Positions 9,128-19,758 of a stretch of DNA of 64,000 nt are shown piece by piece. The DNA comes from Geopsychrobacteraceae bacterium (GTDB lineage: Bacteria > Desulfobacterota > Desulfuromonadia > Desulfuromonadales > Geopsychrobacteraceae): positions 512,001-576,000 of the forward strand of contig OY759353.1 in the NCBI GenBank assembly GCA_963662315.1, read 5' to 3'. Below the pieces are notes generated by a model that worked only from the letters and a program-made list of their open reading frames with translations, was not told the origin of the DNA and did no database searches. The position numbers were made by a program, and so were the translations under genes. Position 1 is the first letter of the stretch. Every line of letters starts with the position of its first letter.

Positions 9128-11683
9128 ATGGAAAATCATTACAATCCTAAGGAAGTTGAAGCCAGATGGCAGCAATACTGGCAAGATAAGCAATCGTTTC
9201 GCGTTAGCGAAGATGTTGATAAAGAGAAATATTACCTGCTGGAAATGTTTCCGTACCCTTCTGGCCGGATTCATATGGGGCATGTACGTAATTACGCCAT
9301 TGGCGATGTTGTCGCTCGCTTTAAGCGTATGCAGGGATTTAATGTCCTGCATCCAATGGGATGGGATGCTTTTGGTATGCCTGCTGAAAACGCGGCTATA
9401 GAGCATGGTACGCACCCGGCTAAATGGACGTATGAGAATATTGACAGTATGCGGCGCCAGCTGAAACGCATTGGTCTGTCGTACGATTGGGCTCGCGAAT
9501 TTGCGACCTGCAATGCCGATTATTATCGGTGGGAACAGCTGGTTTTTCTCAAAATGTTTGAGAAAGGGCAGGCTTATAAAAAAGGTTCAAATGTTAACTG
9601 GTGTGATACCTGTCAGACAGTGCTGGCTAATGAACAGGTTGAAGATGGTTGTTGTTGGCGTTGTCATGAAGAAGTGGAGCAGAAACAGCTGGAACAGTGG
9701 TTCTTTAAAATTACTGACTATGCTGACGAGCTGCTGGATTGGGCGGACAAGTTAAATGGCTGGCCAGAGCGTGTTCTGGCGATGCAGCGGAACTGGATTG
9801 GTAAAAGCTACGGTTGTGAGATTGAATTTCCTATTGATGGCAGCGCCCAGAGAATAAAAGTTTTCACAACCCGTCCCGACACGCTGTACGGGGTCACTTT
9901 CATGAGCCTTGCCCCAGAGCACCCGATGGTCAGTGCTCTGGTGACAGAAGAGCAACGCTGCGAGGTTAAGCAATTTGTCGCCGAAGTAGAACGCCAGGAT
10001 AAGTTGGCCAGAACCAGTGGAGATCTGGAGAAAAAAGGGGTATTTACCGGTTCTTACTGCATCAACCCGGTTAATGGCGATAAAGTGCCTGTGTTCCTGG
10101 CAAATTTTGTTCTTATGGATTACGGGACTGGTGCCGTCATGGCTGTTCCTGCGCATGATCAGCGCGATTTTGAGTTTGCACAAAAATATGATCTGCCGAT
10201 ACGTGTTGTAATCCAGCCGCTCGGAGAAACCCTGAATGCTGCAGATCTTGAGGCGGCATTTACTGATGCGGGCGAGCTGATCGCTTCCGGGCCTTTTGAT
10301 GGCGTTGATAATGAGTCGGCTAAAGAAAAGATCGCTGCTTATCTTGATGATCGTGGTGAAGGGCGTAAAACGGTTAATTACCGTTTGCGGGACTGGGGTG
10401 TTTCCCGGCAACGCTATTGGGGGACCCCAATTCCTATCATTTACTGTGACAGCTGTGGTGCTGTTCCCGTTCCGGAAGCAGACCTCCCGGTAACGCTCCC
10501 AACCGATGTCGCCTTGACCGGTGAAGGTGGTTCGCCGCTGGCGCGCCACGAAGCTTTTATGAAGGTATCTTGCCCCAAGTGTGGAAAAGATGCCCGACGT
10601 GAGAGCGATACCTTTGATACCTTTGTAGAGAGTTCCTGGTATTTTGCTCGTTACGCGTGCCCGGATTATGCTGCCGGTCCGCTGGATAAGGAAGCTGCTA
10701 ATTATTGGATGCCGGTTGATCAGTATATTGGTGGTATCGAGCATGCGGTAATGCACCTTCTTTACGCCCGGTTTTATACCAAGATCCTTCGTGATTTGGG
10801 TATGATTGATGTCGATGAGCCATTTACCAATCTGTTAACTCAGGGAATGGTTTGTAAGGAAACTCAGCGCTGCAAAGAGCATGGCTGGCTGTATCCTGAA
10901 CAGGTGGTTGATGGCAAGTGCACAGAATGTGGGAAACCTGTCGATTTCGGTCGTACCGAAAAGATGAGTAAATCAAAGAAAAATGTTATCGATCCTAATC
11001 AGCTGATTGACCAGTATGGTGCTGATACGGCACGCCTTTTTTCCTTGTTTGCAGCTCCTCCAGAGAAGGATCTTGAGTGGAATGAGCAAGGGGTCGAAGG
11101 GTGCTCACGGTTCCTTAATCGTGTCTGGCGTGCTGTTGTTGAAAATCTTGACCTGATTGCTGGGGTTGATGTCGCTGTCAGTGCAGAGGGCTGTGCTGCT
11201 GATCTACGTAGAAAAACCCACCAGACAATTAAAAAAGTTACTGAAGATGTTGATGGTCGGTTCCATTTTAATACCGCTATCGCTGCGGTGATGGAACTCG
11301 TTAATGCGGTATATTCATTTAATGACAGCAAGGACCATCCGGGGGTCTTGCGTGAAGCACTGGAAGCTATCGTTCGTCTCCTGAATCCGTTTGTTCCACA
11401 TATTTGTGAGGAGCTGTGGACGCAGTTGGGGCATGGGGAGAGCATCGAAGCTGCCGGTTGGCCGGCTTGGAACGCAAGTGCCCTGGTTGCTGATGAAGTC
11501 ACCTTGGTTGTTCAGGTGAATGGAAAGGTGCGCAGTAAAGTGTCTGTTCCTGTTGAAGCAGATAATAAAGCTATCGAAGCGGTTGCTCTCGCCGAGGAAA
11601 ATGTTCAGCGTTTTATTGAGGGAAAACAGGTCCGCAAGATTATTACCGTACCCGGTCGACTAATCAATATTGTGGTGTCTTGA
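9128..11683 (+). CDS. leuS: Leucine--tRNA ligase
   Basis: [13 protein letters not shown] (HIGH), editing-domain FTTRPDT and KMSKS; ATG after GGAGGA. Confidence 0.98.
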   Translation: MENHYNPKEVEARWQQYWQDKQSFRVSEDVDKEKYYLLEMFPYPSGRIHMGHVRNYAIGDVVARFKRMQGFNVLHPMGWDAFGMPAENAAIEHGTHPAKWTYENIDSMRRQLKRIGLSYDWAREFATCNADYYRWEQLVFLKMFEKGQAYKKGSNVNWCDTCQTVLANEQVEDGCCWRCHEEVEQKQLEQWFFKITDYADELLDWADKLNGWPERVLAMQRNWIGKSYGCEIEFPIDGSAQRIKVFTTRPDTLYGVTFMSLAPEHPMVSALVTEEQRCEVKQFVAEVERQDKLARTSGDLEKKGVFTGSYCINPVNGDKVPVFLANFVLMDYGTGAVMAVPAHDQRDFEFAQKYDLPIRVVIQPLGETLNAADLEAAFTDAGELIASGPFDGVDNESAKEKIAAYLDDRGEGRKTVNYRLRDWGVSRQRYWGTPIPIIYCDSCGAVPVPEADLPVTLPTDVALTGEGGSPLARHEAFMKVSCPKCGKDARRESDTFDTFVESSWYFARYACPDYAAGPLDKEAANYWMPVDQYIGGIEHAVMHLLYARFYTKILRDLGMIDVDEPFTNLLTQGMVCKETQRCKEHGWLYPEQVVDGKCTECGKPVDFGRTEKMSKSKKNVIDPNQLIDQYGADTARLFSLFAAPPEKDLEWNEQGVEGCSRFLNRVWRAVVENLDLIAGVDVAVSAEGCAADLRRKTHQTIKKVTEDVDGRFHFNTAIAAVMELVNAVYSFNDSKDHPGVLREALEAIVRLLNPFVPHICEELWTQLGHGESIEAAGWPAWNASALVADEVTLVVQVNGKVRSKVSVPVEADNKAIEAVALAEENVQRFIEGKQVRKIITVPGRLINIVVS

Positions 11684-12201
11684 TGAAGATTATCCTGACC
11701 ATATTGCTAAGCTGTCTGCTTTGTGGTTGTGGCTACCATGTGACCGGGCAAAGCGCTTCGTTGCCCGGTCAGACTTTACATGTTTACCTTCCTTATATCG
11801 TTAATCAGACGACCGAACCTTATATTGAAACGGAACTTGTTTCACGGATCAGTCAGGAGTTGGCCCGTTGTCGGAATTATTCCGAGGTTGGCAATGGTGA
11901 TCAGGCTGACGCGCAATTGTCCGTGGTGATCAGTAAATATGTGCGCCAGGCTGTTTCCTACGACAGCAGCGACGATATAGCTGAGTATCGCATCGAAATG
12001 ACAATTAATGCGACACTGACGAATGTGGCTGATGGTGCGGTGCTGTGGTCGCAGTCAATCGGGTGGCGGGCAACCTATGTGACATCAGCTGACAAAATGG
12101 TCCAACGTGATCGTGAGCGTGGTGCCGTCGCAGAAGTATGTCAGCGGCTTGCTGCTGAAATTCTTTTCCAGATGCAGAAAAGAAGGTCGGCAGCACCATG
12201 A
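11683..12201 (+). CDS. lptE: LPS assembly lipoprotein LptE
   Basis: Lipobox LLCGCGY; leuS-lptE-holA gene order. Confidence 0.85.
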   Translation: MKIILTILLSCLLCGCGYHVTGQSASLPGQTLHVYLPYIVNQTTEPYIETELVSRISQELARCRNYSEVGNGDQADAQLSVVISKYVRQAVSYDSSDDIAEYRIEMTINATLTNVADGAVLWSQSIGWRATYVTSADKMVQRDRERGAVAEVCQRLAAEILFQMQKRRSAAP

Positions 12202-13199
12202 CTGTAGATGACTTTTATCGGCAGTTAAAGTCAGACCAGATTCCGTCATTACTCTGTTTGTATGGTGAAGAGACCTTTCTCGTTCGCAAGGCTACTGTTG
12301 AGTTGCGGCAGTGTCTTTTTCCCACTGGAAAAGATGATTTCAATGACAGCCTGTTTCAAGGAAAGGAGCTGAGAGCCGAGCAGGTCATTGATACTGCGCT
12401 GACGCTTCCGATGTTTGCTCAACGGCGTCTTGTGACGATTCGTGACGCACATTTGATTCCTGCTGCAGAGCAGGAAAAGTTACTCTCTTATCTTGATAAT
12501 CCCGCTCCAGATACATGTCTGTTGCTTGTTGCCGACAAGATTGACAGCCGCAGAAAATTTTTTCAGCAGTTCAAAAAAAAAGGTGAGTTGGTTGAATTTA
12601 GACCGCTGACTGAACGCGATTTGCCCAATTACCTTAAAAAACGCTTGTCCGCAAAAAATATTGAGATATCGGCTGATGCGCTTAATCTTTTTTGTTCTAT
12701 GGTCAGCATCGGTTTGAATGAAGTCCATTCTGAGCTTGACAAGCTACTGACTTTCATAGGCTCAGCGACCTTAATAGATGTTAAGGATGTGCGTGCTGTT
12801 GTTTCGCGTGGTCGGGCTGAAAATGTTTTTGAGTTGGGCAATGCGGTAGGGCGCGGTGACATAGCTGCCGCACTCAGCATGGTAGGCAGACTATCTGTCG
12901 CCGGAGAACCTCCGCTCAAGATCTTAAGTCTTTTGACTCGGCATTTCAGGCAGTTATGGAAGATTAGGGAGTTGCGTGCCCAGTGTTGCGCTGCCCGGGA
13001 TATTGCTACGCAGGTACGTATTCCGTATTTTGTCGTTGAAGGCTTGGTTCAACAGGCGGGCCGGTTTTCACGCACTGACTTCATGCGTGCTCATCAGCTG
13101 TTTCTTGATACCGATCTGGCTATGAAATCGAGTGGTGCGAATGCTGATGCTTTGCTGGATCTGCTGATTCATAATCTGGTTAGAATCAAAAATAAATAA
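12198..13199 (+). CDS. holA: DNA polymerase III delta subunit
   Basis: LYGEE, TLPMFAQRRLV and ELDKL motifs; gene order. Confidence 0.93.
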   Translation: MTVDDFYRQLKSDQIPSLLCLYGEETFLVRKATVELRQCLFPTGKDDFNDSLFQGKELRAEQVIDTALTLPMFAQRRLVTIRDAHLIPAAEQEKLLSYLDNPAPDTCLLLVADKIDSRRKFFQQFKKKGELVEFRPLTERDLPNYLKKRLSAKNIEISADALNLFCSMVSIGLNEVHSELDKLLTFIGSATLIDVKDVRAVVSRGRAENVFELGNAVGRGDIAAALSMVGRLSVAGEPPLKILSLLTRHFRQLWKIRELRAQCCAARDIATQVRIPYFVVEGLVQQAGRFSRTDFMRAHQLFLDTDLAMKSSGANADALLDLLIHNLVRIKNK

Positions 13200-13221
13200 G
13201 GGGCTTTGTGGCCCCTTATTT
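13194..13221. terminator. Bidirectional terminator between convergent holA and rpsT
   Basis: AAATAAGGGGC-N6-GCCCCTTATTT, a perfect 11-bp stem. Confidence 0.75.
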
Positions 13222-13252
13222 GAATTCCGATAATAGATTCGCCCCAGTTAAT

Positions 13253-13516
13253 TTAGGCGACGCTGTTAACCAGCTTTGACAGTCTGGAAATCTTACGGCT
13301 TGCAGTTGCTTTATGAATAACCCCTTTGGTGGCGGTTTTATCGATGTATGGGATAGCTTTTTTAAGAGCTGCTTCAGCAGCTTCTTTATCTCCTGCAGCG
13401 GCAGCTTCACGGACGCCTTTTACCAGGGTGCGCATGGTTGAGCGAATGTGGTTGTTGCGTGCTTGGCGTACTGCATTTTGTTTATTGCGCTTCAGCGCGG
13501 ATTTGTGATTGGCCAC
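13253..13516 (-). CDS. rpsT: 30S ribosomal protein S20
   Basis: [10 protein letters not shown]...[19 protein letters not shown] start. Confidence 0.98.
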   Translation of the reverse strand: MANHKSALKRNKQNAVRQARNNHIRSTMRTLVKGVREAAAAGDKEAAEAALKKAIPYIDKTATKGVIHKATASRKISRLSKLVNSVA

Positions 13517-13566
13517 GAATTGGTCTCCTTACGGGATTTATAAGTATTTATCTGAAAAGCTTGGCG

Positions 13567-13595
13567 ATAGTATAGGTATCCTTTCCTGTTGTCAA
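13567..13595 (-). promoter_or_regulatory. Sigma70-type promoter of rpsT
   Basis: Minus strand TTGACA-N17-TACTAT. Confidence 0.65.
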
Positions 13596-13677
13596 GTTAG
13601 AAAATGTCAATGCTTGATTTAAAAAATACGTTTAATCAGGTGTTTAGCTTCTTAATGTGAAGGATTAAAAAGTAATA

Positions 13678-15249
13678 ATGTCCACAAGGAAATCTATCGG
13701 TCTATCTACAGTCATCATGGCGGTGGCCACATTAATGAGTCGCGTCGCCGGCCTGGTCAGGGATGTCCTGGTTGCCCGTCTTTTTGGCGCCGGGTTGGTC
13801 ACGGACGCATTTTTCATGGCTTTTACTATCCCCAATTTGCTGCGCAGGTTTTTTGCTGAAGGTTCTTTAACAGCGGCATTTGTGCCAGTTTTCTCGGATG
13901 TGTACCATAGTGACGGTGAAGGGGATGCTCAGCGTCTGGCAAATCGCTGTCTTACGGCTCTATCACTGGTGATGGTTCTTATTGTCTGTTGCGGGATTAT
14001 TTTGTCTCCACTGATCACCCACTTTATCGGTTTTGGTTTTGCCTCTGTCCCTGGCAAGCTTGAGCTGACAGATTTTTTAAATCGACTCATGTTTCCTTAT
14101 ATTGGATTGGTGTCGGTATTGGCTCTGATAACAGGGATTCTGAATGTCCGTGGCCACTTTTTTTACCCGTCACTGTCCCCCCTGTTTTTGAATCTGTGCA
14201 TGATCTTTTCAGCTCTTTTTCTGCGCAGTTTCTTCAGCTTGCCTGTGTATGCCTTGGCTGTTGGGGTTCTGCTTGGCGGCTTTGTGCAGTTAATGGTACA
14301 GGTCCCTGTTTTATTGCGCTTTCGTATTTATCTGAAGCCTGATTTCGGTTTCCGAAACGATCCTAAGGTAAAAAAAATAGCCAAGTTAATGTTGCCGGGG
14401 ATTGCAGGTGTGGCCATTTATCAGATTAATATTATCGCCTCACGCCTGATGGCCTCCTTTTTGCCCGAAGGGGCGGTTTCTTATCTCTATTATGGGCAGC
14501 GCCTTTTTGAGTTTCCTCAGGGGATCTTTATTGTCTCGTTAGCTCAGGCTGTTCTGCCGATGATGAGTAAGCAGGTTGCTCAGAACCACTTGGAAGGGGT
14601 ACGCGATTCTCTGGCTTTTTCTCTATCGCTGATAACTCTGTTTACGCTGCCGGCGATTACTGGATTGGTGCTATGCGCTAAGCCAATATATGCTCTGTTG
14701 TTTTATGGTGGCGCTTTTGATCGTATTGCTCTTGATAATGCTGCTATAGCACTTATCTGCTATGCTCCTGGCCTGCTGTTTGTTGGCTTTAGTCGTATTG
14801 CGGCCCAGACTTTCTATGCACTGAAAGATACCAAGACACCGGTTGTCGTGTCTTTGGGTACATTGATTGTTAATATTGTTGCTGGGCTGATTCTCATGAA
14901 CTTGTATGGATTTGCCGGGTTAGCGGCCGGCTTAACCCTTTCCTCGATTTTTAATGCTGTTGTGCTGGTGTTTCTGTTGCAGAAAAAGACAGGCCCTTTT
15001 ATTCGGACTACCTTCTGGCTTCCAATTGTTAAAGTCGTTCCGGCCTGTATCGCTATGGGATTTGTTGTTGTTGAGATACTGGCAATGGTTGACTGGCAGA
15101 CGTCGGGACGTGGTTTCCTCAAGTGGTGCAGTCTGGGAGGTTCTGTTGCTGCTGGTATCGCAGTATTTTTGGTCTGCTGTCATATGTTAAAGGTGGAAGA
15201 AATCCATAAAGGGCTGGCTCTGATAAAGGGGCGTAGGAGCGCCAAATAG
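13678..15249 (+). CDS. murJ: Lipid II flippase MurJ (MviN)
   Basis: SRVAGLVRD, AFTIPNLLRRFFAEG and RLFEFPQG motifs; many transmembrane helices. Confidence 0.97.
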   Translation: MSTRKSIGLSTVIMAVATLMSRVAGLVRDVLVARLFGAGLVTDAFFMAFTIPNLLRRFFAEGSLTAAFVPVFSDVYHSDGEGDAQRLANRCLTALSLVMVLIVCCGIILSPLITHFIGFGFASVPGKLELTDFLNRLMFPYIGLVSVLALITGILNVRGHFFYPSLSPLFLNLCMIFSALFLRSFFSLPVYALAVGVLLGGFVQLMVQVPVLLRFRIYLKPDFGFRNDPKVKKIAKLMLPGIAGVAIYQINIIASRLMASFLPEGAVSYLYYGQRLFEFPQGIFIVSLAQAVLPMMSKQVAQNHLEGVRDSLAFSLSLITLFTLPAITGLVLCAKPIYALLFYGGAFDRIALDNAAIALICYAPGLLFVGFSRIAAQTFYALKDTKTPVVVSLGTLIVNIVAGLILMNLYGFAGLAAGLTLSSIFNAVVLVFLLQKKTGPFIRTTFWLPIVKVVPACIAMGFVVVEILAMVDWQTSGRGFLKWCSLGGSVAAGIAVFLVCCHMLKVEEIHKGLALIKGRRSAK

Positions 15250-15308
15250 GCGGTTTTTTGATACTTCAGTGTGGCGTATCTGCGGCTTGAGCATGTCCTT
15301 TCACGGGA

Positions 15309-15704
15309 TCAGTGTCCCCGGTAGATATGGATCTCGCCTTTAGCCAGTTTTTGTTGTAGCCATATCTTGATCAAGCCTTTTAGGTATTTACGCGTGGCCG
15401 GGGTCAGTAGACAGAAACCGAATAGGTCGGTACAGAAACCCGGTGTCAGTAATAGTAATCCTCCTGCGAGGATTATCCCTCCGTCAATCATCTCTTCTGT
15501 GGGTACGCGTCCCTGGGCAAGGTCGCCTTGAATGCGTTGCATTAATTGAAATCCTTGGCTGCGTGCCAAGTATGCCCCGGCGATTCCGGTCAGAAGGATC
15601 ATGCCAATTGTGGGAAAAATTCCGATCTGTTGCCCGGCTTCGATAAGAATATAAAGCTCTACCAATGGTACCAGTGTGAAGATAATCAGTATCTTTATGA
15701 ACAT
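15309..15704 (-). CDS. fxsA: FxsA family membrane protein
   Basis: PLVELYILI, ARSQG and LLLTPGFCTD motifs. Confidence 0.92.
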   Translation of the reverse strand: MFIKILIIFTLVPLVELYILIEAGQQIGIFPTIGMILLTGIAGAYLARSQGFQLMQRIQGDLAQGRVPTEEMIDGGIILAGGLLLLTPGFCTDLFGFCLLTPATRKYLKGLIKIWLQQKLAKGEIHIYRGH

Positions 15705-15868
15705 GTATACACCTTTTATGAAGAAAAACAAATTAATACGAAGCCTTCACCTGGTAATTTCAGGCAAATCAAAACCACATCTGTAAGTAGCTGAAATTAC
15801 GCGACAATGAAATTGAATAAAAAATAGGCATCGTGGTCATCGATACAAGTTTTATAAGGCAAAGTGAG

Positions 15869-15914
15869 CTATCCACAACCTTTTATACAGGTTTTCAACA
15901 GGCGATGTGGATTG
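15869..15914. promoter_or_regulatory. Cluster of four DnaA-box-like 9-mers
   Basis: CTATCCACA, TTTTATACA and TTTTCAACA (1 mismatch each to TTWTNCACA) plus reverse TGTGGATTG (2 mismatches). Confidence 0.55.
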
Positions 15915-15955
15915 CTTGAAAAACTGTATGTTTTTCACGAGGTTTGCCGCTGTTT

Positions 15956-16654
15956 TTAGGTTTTGCTTTCAGTTGTATGGTCAATTAATGCAATTTGGCG
16001 GTTATTAAATTGCCGCAATATGTCTTCCGGATCGAGCTGATTGATGTTAGCAAGTTTTGCCAATGAGTAAAAGGTTTCAGCGATGGATTGTGCCAATGGC
16101 CGATCGGGGCTTTCGTCCGGAGTGTGTTTGCAGAGCCTATCCAGAGCTTCATGTAGCTCGGCATAAATACTGTCTTGGGTTGAGGGGTGGTTGGCCTTGA
16201 TAATTTTTGCACTGGTTTTTAGAGCGGGGAGGGTGAGTGGGATGCGATTACGTAACAGGCTGGTTTTTCCCTGTTCTGATCTTTCTTGGCTTTTAATCTC
16301 TTCCCATCGCTGATGTTGATTTATATCCCTTTCTGAGCCGAATACATGGGGGTGGCGACGGATCATTTTGTCTGATATTGCTGTGGCTACGTCATTGAAA
16401 TTAAATAGCTCCCGTTCTGTAAAGATTTGAGATAGGAAAACGATCTGGAGAAGAAGATCTCCCATTTCGTCACGAATGTCGGTTGGGCTATTACTATCAA
16501 TAGCATCCAGGAGTTCGTAAGCCTCTTCCAGGATGAATAATTTCAGGGTTTTTGGGCTTTGCTGACGATCCCATTTGCAGCCATCCTGGGCTCGTAACCT
16601 GGCCATAATGTTTAGGAGTCGGTCAATGCCTTTTGTTTTCTTGATCATTTCCAT
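15956..16654 (-). CDS. mazG: MazG-family nucleoside triphosphate pyrophosphohydrolase (divergent second domain)
   Basis: GCKWDRQQ, EEAYELLDAI, DEMGDLLLQ and KMIRRHPHVF motifs. Confidence 0.9.
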   Translation of the reverse strand: MEMIKKTKGIDRLLNIMARLRAQDGCKWDRQQSPKTLKLFILEEAYELLDAIDSNSPTDIRDEMGDLLLQIVFLSQIFTERELFNFNDVATAISDKMIRRHPHVFGSERDINQHQRWEEIKSQERSEQGKTSLLRNRIPLTLPALKTSAKIIKANHPSTQDSIYAELHEALDRLCKHTPDESPDRPLAQSIAETFYSLAKLANINQLDPEDILRQFNNRQIALIDHTTESKT

Positions 16655-16840
16655 GGGGGTTGAGCTCTCTTTTGCATCAAGTTGGGGGTGATAGGGATGG
16701 TCTTTGTTGCTGACCTGGCCTTTAGATAGAAAATACCAGTTAAGGGGTAACCCTGACCACATTTAAAAAAAATCTTGCAAATCCTAATCGAATGGGCTAG
16801 AAAGTGCGCCATTCTAAACAGTTGCAGGTGCCCTTTTCTC

Positions 16841-16868
16841 TTGACATGTTTTGATGGCTCCTTATACT
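16841..16868 (+). promoter_or_regulatory. Sigma70-type promoter of yceD-rpmF-plsX-fab
   Basis: TTGACA-N16-TATACT. Confidence 0.6.
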
Positions 16869-16896
16869 GTTTCATTCGCCCTGAAGGGGATCGTTT

Positions 16897-17439
16897 GTGC
16901 GTATTGAGTTGAAAGACATTAAGGGGGGACTGCTGGTGCAGGATTATGACTGCGCTGTAGCGGATTTTCCTGAACTGCAGACTTTGCTGGAAGAGAGTGG
17001 TGCGGCTTTTAGTGGTCCAATACACTTTCATCTACGCCTGCAGCGTGTCGGCCAACTCGTTGAGGTCGATGGTCTTCTTAACGCAGGCGTGTCCCTGTTT
17101 TGTGGTCGTTGCCTGCAGCCCTTCAGTGAGGCGATAGCGGATCGGTTCAGCCTGACCTTTACGCCTAGGAAACCGGACCAGGAGTCTGTAGAAGAGCTTG
17201 AGCTCGCTTCCGATGAATTGGGGCTAATTCATTACCAGGATGAAGTTATAGATCTTCTCGATCCGTTGCAGGAGCAGTTGATTATGGCTTTGCCAATCAG
17301 TCCACTGTGTCGTGAAGATTGCGGGGGATTATGCCCTGAGTGTGGTCAGAATCTGAACTTGGGGCGCTGCAAGTGTGAGAAAAAAGTATTTAATAATAAA
17401 TTTTCTGCGCTTGCCGGTTTTAAGTTAGATAAGCACTAA
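16897..17439 (+). CDS. yceD: DUF177/YceD family protein
   Basis: CGRCL and LCREDCGGLCPECGQNLN motifs; lies upstream of rpmF. Confidence 0.93.
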   Translation: MRIELKDIKGGLLVQDYDCAVADFPELQTLLEESGAAFSGPIHFHLRLQRVGQLVEVDGLLNAGVSLFCGRCLQPFSEAIADRFSLTFTPRKPDQESVEELELASDELGLIHYQDEVIDLLDPLQEQLIMALPISPLCREDCGGLCPECGQNLNLGRCKCEKKVFNNKFSALAGFKLDKH

Positions 17440-17543
17440 CGCTGCAGTATTATGTAATTTACTATGTCTAGTTATTTGTTTTTATAGGTAGACTATAACC
17501 CGTTAAGCAAGCTGGTCGCCTGCTTGGCTGCAAGGAGAATATC

Positions 17544-17726
17544 ATGGCAGTACCAAAGAAAAAGACTTCTAAATCAAAAAAGAATATGCGTCGTTCTCAT
17601 GATGCCGTTGTTGCCCCTGGAATTTCTGTATGTCCTCAATGTCAGGAGCCTAAATTGCCCCACCGAGTTTGTTCCAATTGCGGAACATATAAAGGTAAAG
17701 AAATTATCAATAGCGACGAAATCTAA
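17544..17726 (+). CDS. rpmF: 50S ribosomal protein L32 (Zn-ribbon type)
   Basis: [11 protein letters not shown]...CPQC...PHRVCSNCG. Confidence 0.98.
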   Translation: MAVPKKKTSKSKKNMRRSHDAVVAPGISVCPQCQEPKLPHRVCSNCGTYKGKEIINSDEI

Positions 17727-17741
17727 TTTCGGTTGTTGAAT

Positions 17742-18728
17742 ATGACCCTGAAAATAGCCGTTGATGCAATGGGCGGAGATAATTCACCTGTTGCTGAGGT
17801 TGCGGGAGCCGTTGCCGCTTGTCGCAACTTTGGATGTAGTGTCATCCTGGTTGGCGATACTGAGCGGATAACTGCAGAACTGGCCAAGCATGATACTGCT
17901 GGCCTTGACCTTGAAATTCACCATGCCAGTGAAGTTGTTGGTATGCATGATTCGGCATCAGATGCAGTGCGCAAGAAAAAGGACTCCTCAATTAGGGTCG
18001 CCTTTAATCTTGCCAAAAGTGGTGTCGCCTCCGCTGTCGTCAGTGCCGGAAATTCAGGGGCGATTATGGCGGCCGGAATGTTCGCTTTTGGACGGGTCAA
18101 AGGAATTGATCGCCCAGCTATAGGAACCTGTCTGCCGAACCTGAAAGATCAGACCATGGTTCTGGATATGGGGGCCAACGTCGATTGTAAAGCGACCCAT
18201 TTGTATCAGTTTGGATTAATGGGGAGTGTTTACGTTGAGCATCTGTTTGGCAAGTCCCGTCCCAAGGTTGGCCTGCTGTCCAATGGCGAAGAAGAAAAGA
18301 AGGGCAACGATCTGACCCGGGAAGCGCATCTGCTACTAAAAGAATCACAGCTTAATTATGTAGGCTATGTTGAGGGTGGTGATGTTTATAATGGGTCGGT
18401 GGATGTTGTTGTTTGTGATGGGTTTGTTGGTAACGTCCTGCTGAAGGTCAGCGAAGGACTTGCCGTTGCAATCAGCACCATGCTTAAGGCTGAAATTGAA
18501 GGCAGGTTCATGGCTAAAATTGGTTATCTGCTCAGCCGGCCTGCTTTTGCCGCTTTTAAAAAACGTATTAACCCTGTCGAGTATGGTGGAGCTCCCTTGC
18601 TTGGAATAGCTGGTACGGGGATCGTCTGCCACGGTAGCTCTGATCCGATAGCGATCAGTATTGCTATCAGGCAAGCTGGCGAATTTGCTAAAATTCGCCT
18701 CGAAGAGCGCCTGGCTGCGTTATTATAA
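17742..18728 (+). CDS. plsX: Phosphate acyltransferase PlsX
   Basis: [22 protein letters not shown] and GGAPLLG motifs. Confidence 0.97.
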   Translation: MTLKIAVDAMGGDNSPVAEVAGAVAACRNFGCSVILVGDTERITAELAKHDTAGLDLEIHHASEVVGMHDSASDAVRKKKDSSIRVAFNLAKSGVASAVVSAGNSGAIMAAGMFAFGRVKGIDRPAIGTCLPNLKDQTMVLDMGANVDCKATHLYQFGLMGSVYVEHLFGKSRPKVGLLSNGEEEKKGNDLTREAHLLLKESQLNYVGYVEGGDVYNGSVDVVVCDGFVGNVLLKVSEGLAVAISTMLKAEIEGRFMAKIGYLLSRPAFAAFKKRINPVEYGGAPLLGIAGTGIVCHGSSDPIAISIAIRQAGEFAKIRLEERLAALL

Positions 18729-18749
18729 TTTCTTTTGGGAGCTCTAGCT

Positions 18750-19727
18750 ATGAAAGCACGTATTATCGGAACTGGGTCCTATCTTCCTGAAAAGGTCCTG
18801 ACCAATTTTGATTTAGAGAAAATTGTCGATACCACTAACGATTGGATTGTTGCTCGTACTGGTATTGAAGAGCGACATATTGCTGCTGAAGGGCAGTCTA
18901 CCTCGGATATGGCCACTGAAGCAGCGCGTAAAGCGATGGCTATGGCCGGTGTCAGTCCGGATCAGATTGACTTGATTGTGGTCGGTACCATTACTGGTGA
19001 TTATCCCTGGCCTGCAACCGCTTGTATCGTTCAGGCTAACCTTGGTGCAAGCAACGCTTATGCTTATGACCTGTCTGCTGCGTGCAGCGGTTTCTTATAT
19101 GCACTTTCTGCTGCTGCCGATTACATTAACGCTCGTCCAGGTTCCAAGGCTATTGTCATTGGCGCTGAAACGTTAAGTCGTATTGTTGACTGGACCGACC
19201 GGAATACTTGTGTTCTGTTTGGAGATGGTGCTGGTGCTGTTGTTCTAGAATCTCAAGAAGGGGAATCCGGTATTTTGTCCAGCCACCTTCATTCTGATGG
19301 TAATTTTCTCGAACTGCTTTATCAACCTGGTTTCGGGTCGAAGCACCCTTCTTCAGTGGAAGGGATCAGTGAAAAGCTTCCTTACCTGAAAATGCAGGGG
19401 AATGAGGTTTTTAAGGTTGCGGTTCGTTCTTTAGCGGATGTCTCCAATGAAGCTCTTGATGCTAATGGTTTTACCAGTGAGCAGTTGAAGCTGTTTATTC
19501 CGCACCAGGCAAATCGACGTATTCTCGAAGCAACAGCCAAGCGACTTGACCTTACACCCGAACAAACTTTTGTCAATGTAAACAAATATGGCAACACATC
19601 TGGTGCAACTATTCCAATTGCTCTTGATGAAGCCAATCAGCAGGGAATATTCCAGGAGGGCGACCTTATATTGACTGCTGCGTTTGGTGGTGGTTTTACC
19701 TGGGCATCGTCTTTGATTCGTTGGTAA
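18750..19727 (+). CDS. fabH: 3-oxoacyl-ACP synthase III
   Basis: AACSGF, PHQAN and GNTSGA catalytic motifs. Confidence 0.97.
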   Translation: MKARIIGTGSYLPEKVLTNFDLEKIVDTTNDWIVARTGIEERHIAAEGQSTSDMATEAARKAMAMAGVSPDQIDLIVVGTITGDYPWPATACIVQANLGASNAYAYDLSAACSGFLYALSAAADYINARPGSKAIVIGAETLSRIVDWTDRNTCVLFGDGAGAVVLESQEGESGILSSHLHSDGNFLELLYQPGFGSKHPSSVEGISEKLPYLKMQGNEVFKVAVRSLADVSNEALDANGFTSEQLKLFIPHQANRRILEATAKRLDLTPEQTFVNVNKYGNTSGATIPIALDEANQQGIFQEGDLILTAAFGGGFTWASSLIRW

Positions 19728-19758
19728 CTGAAAACTTTTTATATAGGTTTTAAAGATT

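Noticed and set aside
9752..10756. 334-aa antisense ORF, and similar ones at 23607-24314, 34971-35753 and 44980-45675
   Set aside because: They lie wholly opposite conserved genes (leuS, glyA, thrS, rpoS), have no recognisable motifs, and are typical codon-bias shadows.
15790..15955. oriC interpretation of the DnaA-box cluster
   Set aside because: There are few boxes, none a perfect match, no clear unwinding element, and no origin-linked genes nearby. It is kept only as a regulatory cluster.
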